Of a stretch of 61,986 bases of DNA, positions 59,022-61,986 are shown piece by piece. The stretch lies in NCBI GenBank assembly GCA_965644295.1, contig CBFFRP010000137.1:1-61986 (forward strand), in the 5' to 3' direction. The stretch comes from Paraphysomonas bandaiensis. Its lineage: Eukaryota; Protista; Chrysophyceae. Within the stretch, counting starts at the first letter, position 1; each line of letters opens with the position of its first letter. The notes under the pieces were generated by a model. That model made no database searches. It was given only the letters and a program-made list of their open reading frames with translations, and had not been told where the DNA came from. Position numbers and translations under genes: made by a program.

Positions 59022-61702
59022 AGTTGAAGTGTAAACTTCGCTTCCGTAGTTTTCCTATCACATACGCACTACGTATTATGAATGAATGGATAGTATGTCA
59101 CATGCATGCATATCCATTCATTGTCATCACACATTGACATGTTTACATCAGTTGTCCTTAATATATAATATACCTTTTCTCCTCTAAAGTACTTCATACT
59201 TTAACTTGGTAGCAGATGGTTACGATAACCAACCTTATTTATTTGTTTGTTCGCCTCCACATCACTGGTGGAATGACGGCATCAACATATGAAACAAGCC
59301 TGTCATCTGTACACAGACGAAATACACGATGTGCTTCCTTTGAACTCTGCTGTTTCTCGAAAACTCGAAAATCCGGGGGTTTTTGGAATCAATTTCCGGA
59401 AAATATGTACCTTTTTGTTCAAACTCGGAAAATCGTTTTTTTAAAGAGAATATTTCCGGAGAATATGCATTTTTTTTGGGCACTGAAAACAAATCGACAG
59501 TCTGTCTGTTCCTTGTTTGTGTTCCTGCAGTGTGTATTATATGACTTTAAGGAGATGACAGTGTATACACTAATGCACATGTCCATTCCAGCCAGTCTGA
59601 TTTTGATGACTTGTCTCCACCATGTGTGCTGATTTTGACACCTTGAGACGCTTTGTCCGGTGATACACCAGGAGTGGTTAGACTTCATGTTGATGGCTGT
59701 GAATATTCTTTCGATGACTACTATTCGCCTTCTCAGGGAGTCAACCCTGCAGTAAGAGATCGCTTGTTATGAGCTATATGTTAGCCTCGCACAGCAGTAG
59801 TGTTTGAGAGCATGGATTCTCTTCTCTTTATTCAACGAGAGTAGTTATTTATCAAGAGTTCGACGATGGTGATTGCTTTATCTTATCCACAAGGGTTTCA
59901 CTGTACACCAGCTTGTACTCCAATACGTGTTCCCAGAGGATGTTGCTCTGTTCATCAGCAGCATATATATATTATATATGGATTATTATCTTCGTCTGCT
60001 TCTTTCTCTGGTGATGTATCAGATATAATGGTTATACACCATTTGTTGTTGCTCTGTTTGGCGTATCATGTATATCGGCTTACAGTAGAGCACTTCAATC
60101 AGGACTTATGTCTTTATATTTATCTATCTGATGAATTATTGAGTGCTGATCTCTTCCGTCCAGTATATATTATGGTTGAGAGCAGTATCCCCTCCCAATA
60201 TTGTGATATCTCAGGACATGTATAGTTATATGGTTCTAGATACTACGGATGTTCAATTCATTCAGCATTCTTTTACCTTTCCAAGCACGGGAGCGGATTT
60301 ATGATAAATCCGACGATGAACTTAACCACGAGGATGATACCGACGGGAATGACCCCTCTAAACCTAGTTCCGAACCCGATGTTATTGTGCATGACGAGAA
60401 ATCTGTTGGAGCAGCCAACGAGCCAGCTACCTCAGAAATCGCGTTACAGCCGGCTTTCGATATGACCCCTCAGACTGAAGGTCGTTCCTTCAATACGACG
60501 GGAACATCATCGCAACAGCCCCAGGAAAGAGTATAGTTTATTGCCCCCTATTTATGGCAGGCATATCATATTTTAGCCCCTTATCATTATAAAAGGCAGG
60601 CATATATATCTCTTTTATTTCACTAGTATGGAATAGTGCTGGCTTTGTTCCACAGGTAGAACAGCCTCACAATCAGAGTTTTAACTCTGCTGCCCTACTA
60701 TTATAGAGGCACTGATTATCTTAATCTGCATTGCGCACTTTCATGCGATATATGCAATTATCAGTTCAGCGTTTGTATTTACCTGGCTCTATATAGTCCA
60801 GTGATTTAATATGTTTCATCTGTTCTTTCATTGTTGTCATGTAGACATTCAACAGAAAACATTTCCATATTAAGCTGTTCATGATTTTCAAGCATTTCAA
60901 GGTGACAGGTATATAATACTATATTGATTATAATCATTAAGATTCACTTGTTATGCATATTATCTATCTTATATTCTGATGTATCATACTTATGATATGA
61001 ACATTAAATTATGATACTATATTTTGTTTGTTTAACCATGTCAGGCAATATTACAAGCATATATAGTTGATTCAATTCTTCGTCTACTCCATATGAACCT
61101 CGTATGTTGTCATAGCGTGGATTGATTTGCTTTGAAGTTTGTGACTTCTTCAGAACTATAGTGGTTCTACGATACGATGACCGTTGTGTTCATAATATCA
61201 GTATATATATATATACATATATTATATATACATATGTCATTACCTATATATTATATTAGTGGGAGTGTATGACTCGTAGATGGTATGCCCCATCTGGTCC
61301 TCTGCACACACTATATCTTATAGTTATGGTATATATATTCTATTATTGGATACTTTCCCTTTTGTTTTCCCATGCATCCATTATACCATCATGGTTTTCT
61401 TTTCGGGTTTTCAGTATCTATTCTATTTTCAGTATCTATTCTATTTTCAGTATCTAGCTTATTAGTACCTAGTTTTCATGTTGTCCATTACATACGTACG
61501 CTTAGTTTTAGGGGGAGAGTTGAAGTGTAAACTTCGCTTCCGTAGTTTTCCTATCACATACGCACTACGTATTATGAATGAATGGATAGTATGTCACATG
61601 CATGCATATCCATTCATTGTCATCACACATTGACATGTTTACATCAGTTGTCCTTAATATATAATATACCTTTTCTCCTCTAAAGTACTTCATACTTTAA
61701 CT
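59022..61702 (+). mobile_element. Non-autonomous LTR retroelement (TRIM/LARD-like), 2681 bp, AGTT..AACT termini
   Basis: Apparently identical 185-bp LTRs (59022-59206, 61518-61702), TSD AATTT, PBS TGGTAGCAGATGGTTT at 59207, PPT AGGGGGAG before the 3' LTR. No gag/pol motifs. Confidence 0.93.
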
Positions 61703-61816
61703 AATTTAAATTTGTAAAGGTTGTAAAACCCCGGGATTCTACCATAAAAACTACTTATTAAATCTACTTTGTTATCTATATGACTTTTTTATAATAATGT
61801 ATAATGACAAAGCTTT

Positions 61817-61910
61817 AAGCTCTGGAATGTAGTTGTAGTGATATAATGGCGAATATGCTTAAAGCTCTGGAATGTAGTTGTAGTGATATAATGGCGAATA
61901 TGCTTAAAGC
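61817..61910. repeat. 45-bp tandem duplication
   Basis: AAGCTCTGGAATGTAGTTGTAGTGATATAATGGCGAATATGCTTA x2. Confidence 0.92.
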
Positions 61911-61986
61911 AAAAACGTCCCAATTTTTATATAAAAACCTTGATTTATATAAAAACCCTTAATTTCACAATTTTATAAAAATATAT

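Overview
Gene-dense eukaryotic nuclear DNA. Short GT-AG introns of about 45-60 bp and the protein styles suggest a stramenopile-like protist (inference). About 14 host genes are supported: an ankyrin-repeat protein, an arrestin-domain protein, a small coiled-coil protein, an FkbM-type methyltransferase, bL33, RRS1, a TPR protein, IPK1, a 2688-aa membrane-anchored triple subtilase, MAD1, a P4-ATPase, a secreted P-loop-like protein, an aldo-keto reductase and a cNMP-binding protein. Intergenic DNA is rich in mobile elements: a young but internally deleted Copia nested in an old LTR of its own family, a solo LTR, a non-coding LTR element with AGTT..AACT ends, several hAT-type MITEs and relics, and a dispersed non-coding retroposon family. 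That family is the most interesting candidate. It has 5 copies or fragments here, three with TSDs. Its 5' end folds like an HDV/R2-type self-cleaving ribozyme, and its 3' end carries a conserved GNRA stem-loop shared with a probable LINE remnant. Other highlights: (TATG)n-type repeats in all five head-to-head gene spacers, a protease cassette inserted inside a nidogen-like domain and triplicated, and telomeric repeats replacing one end of a hAT MITE. No rRNA, tRNA or CRISPR array was seen. All alignments and folds were done by eye.
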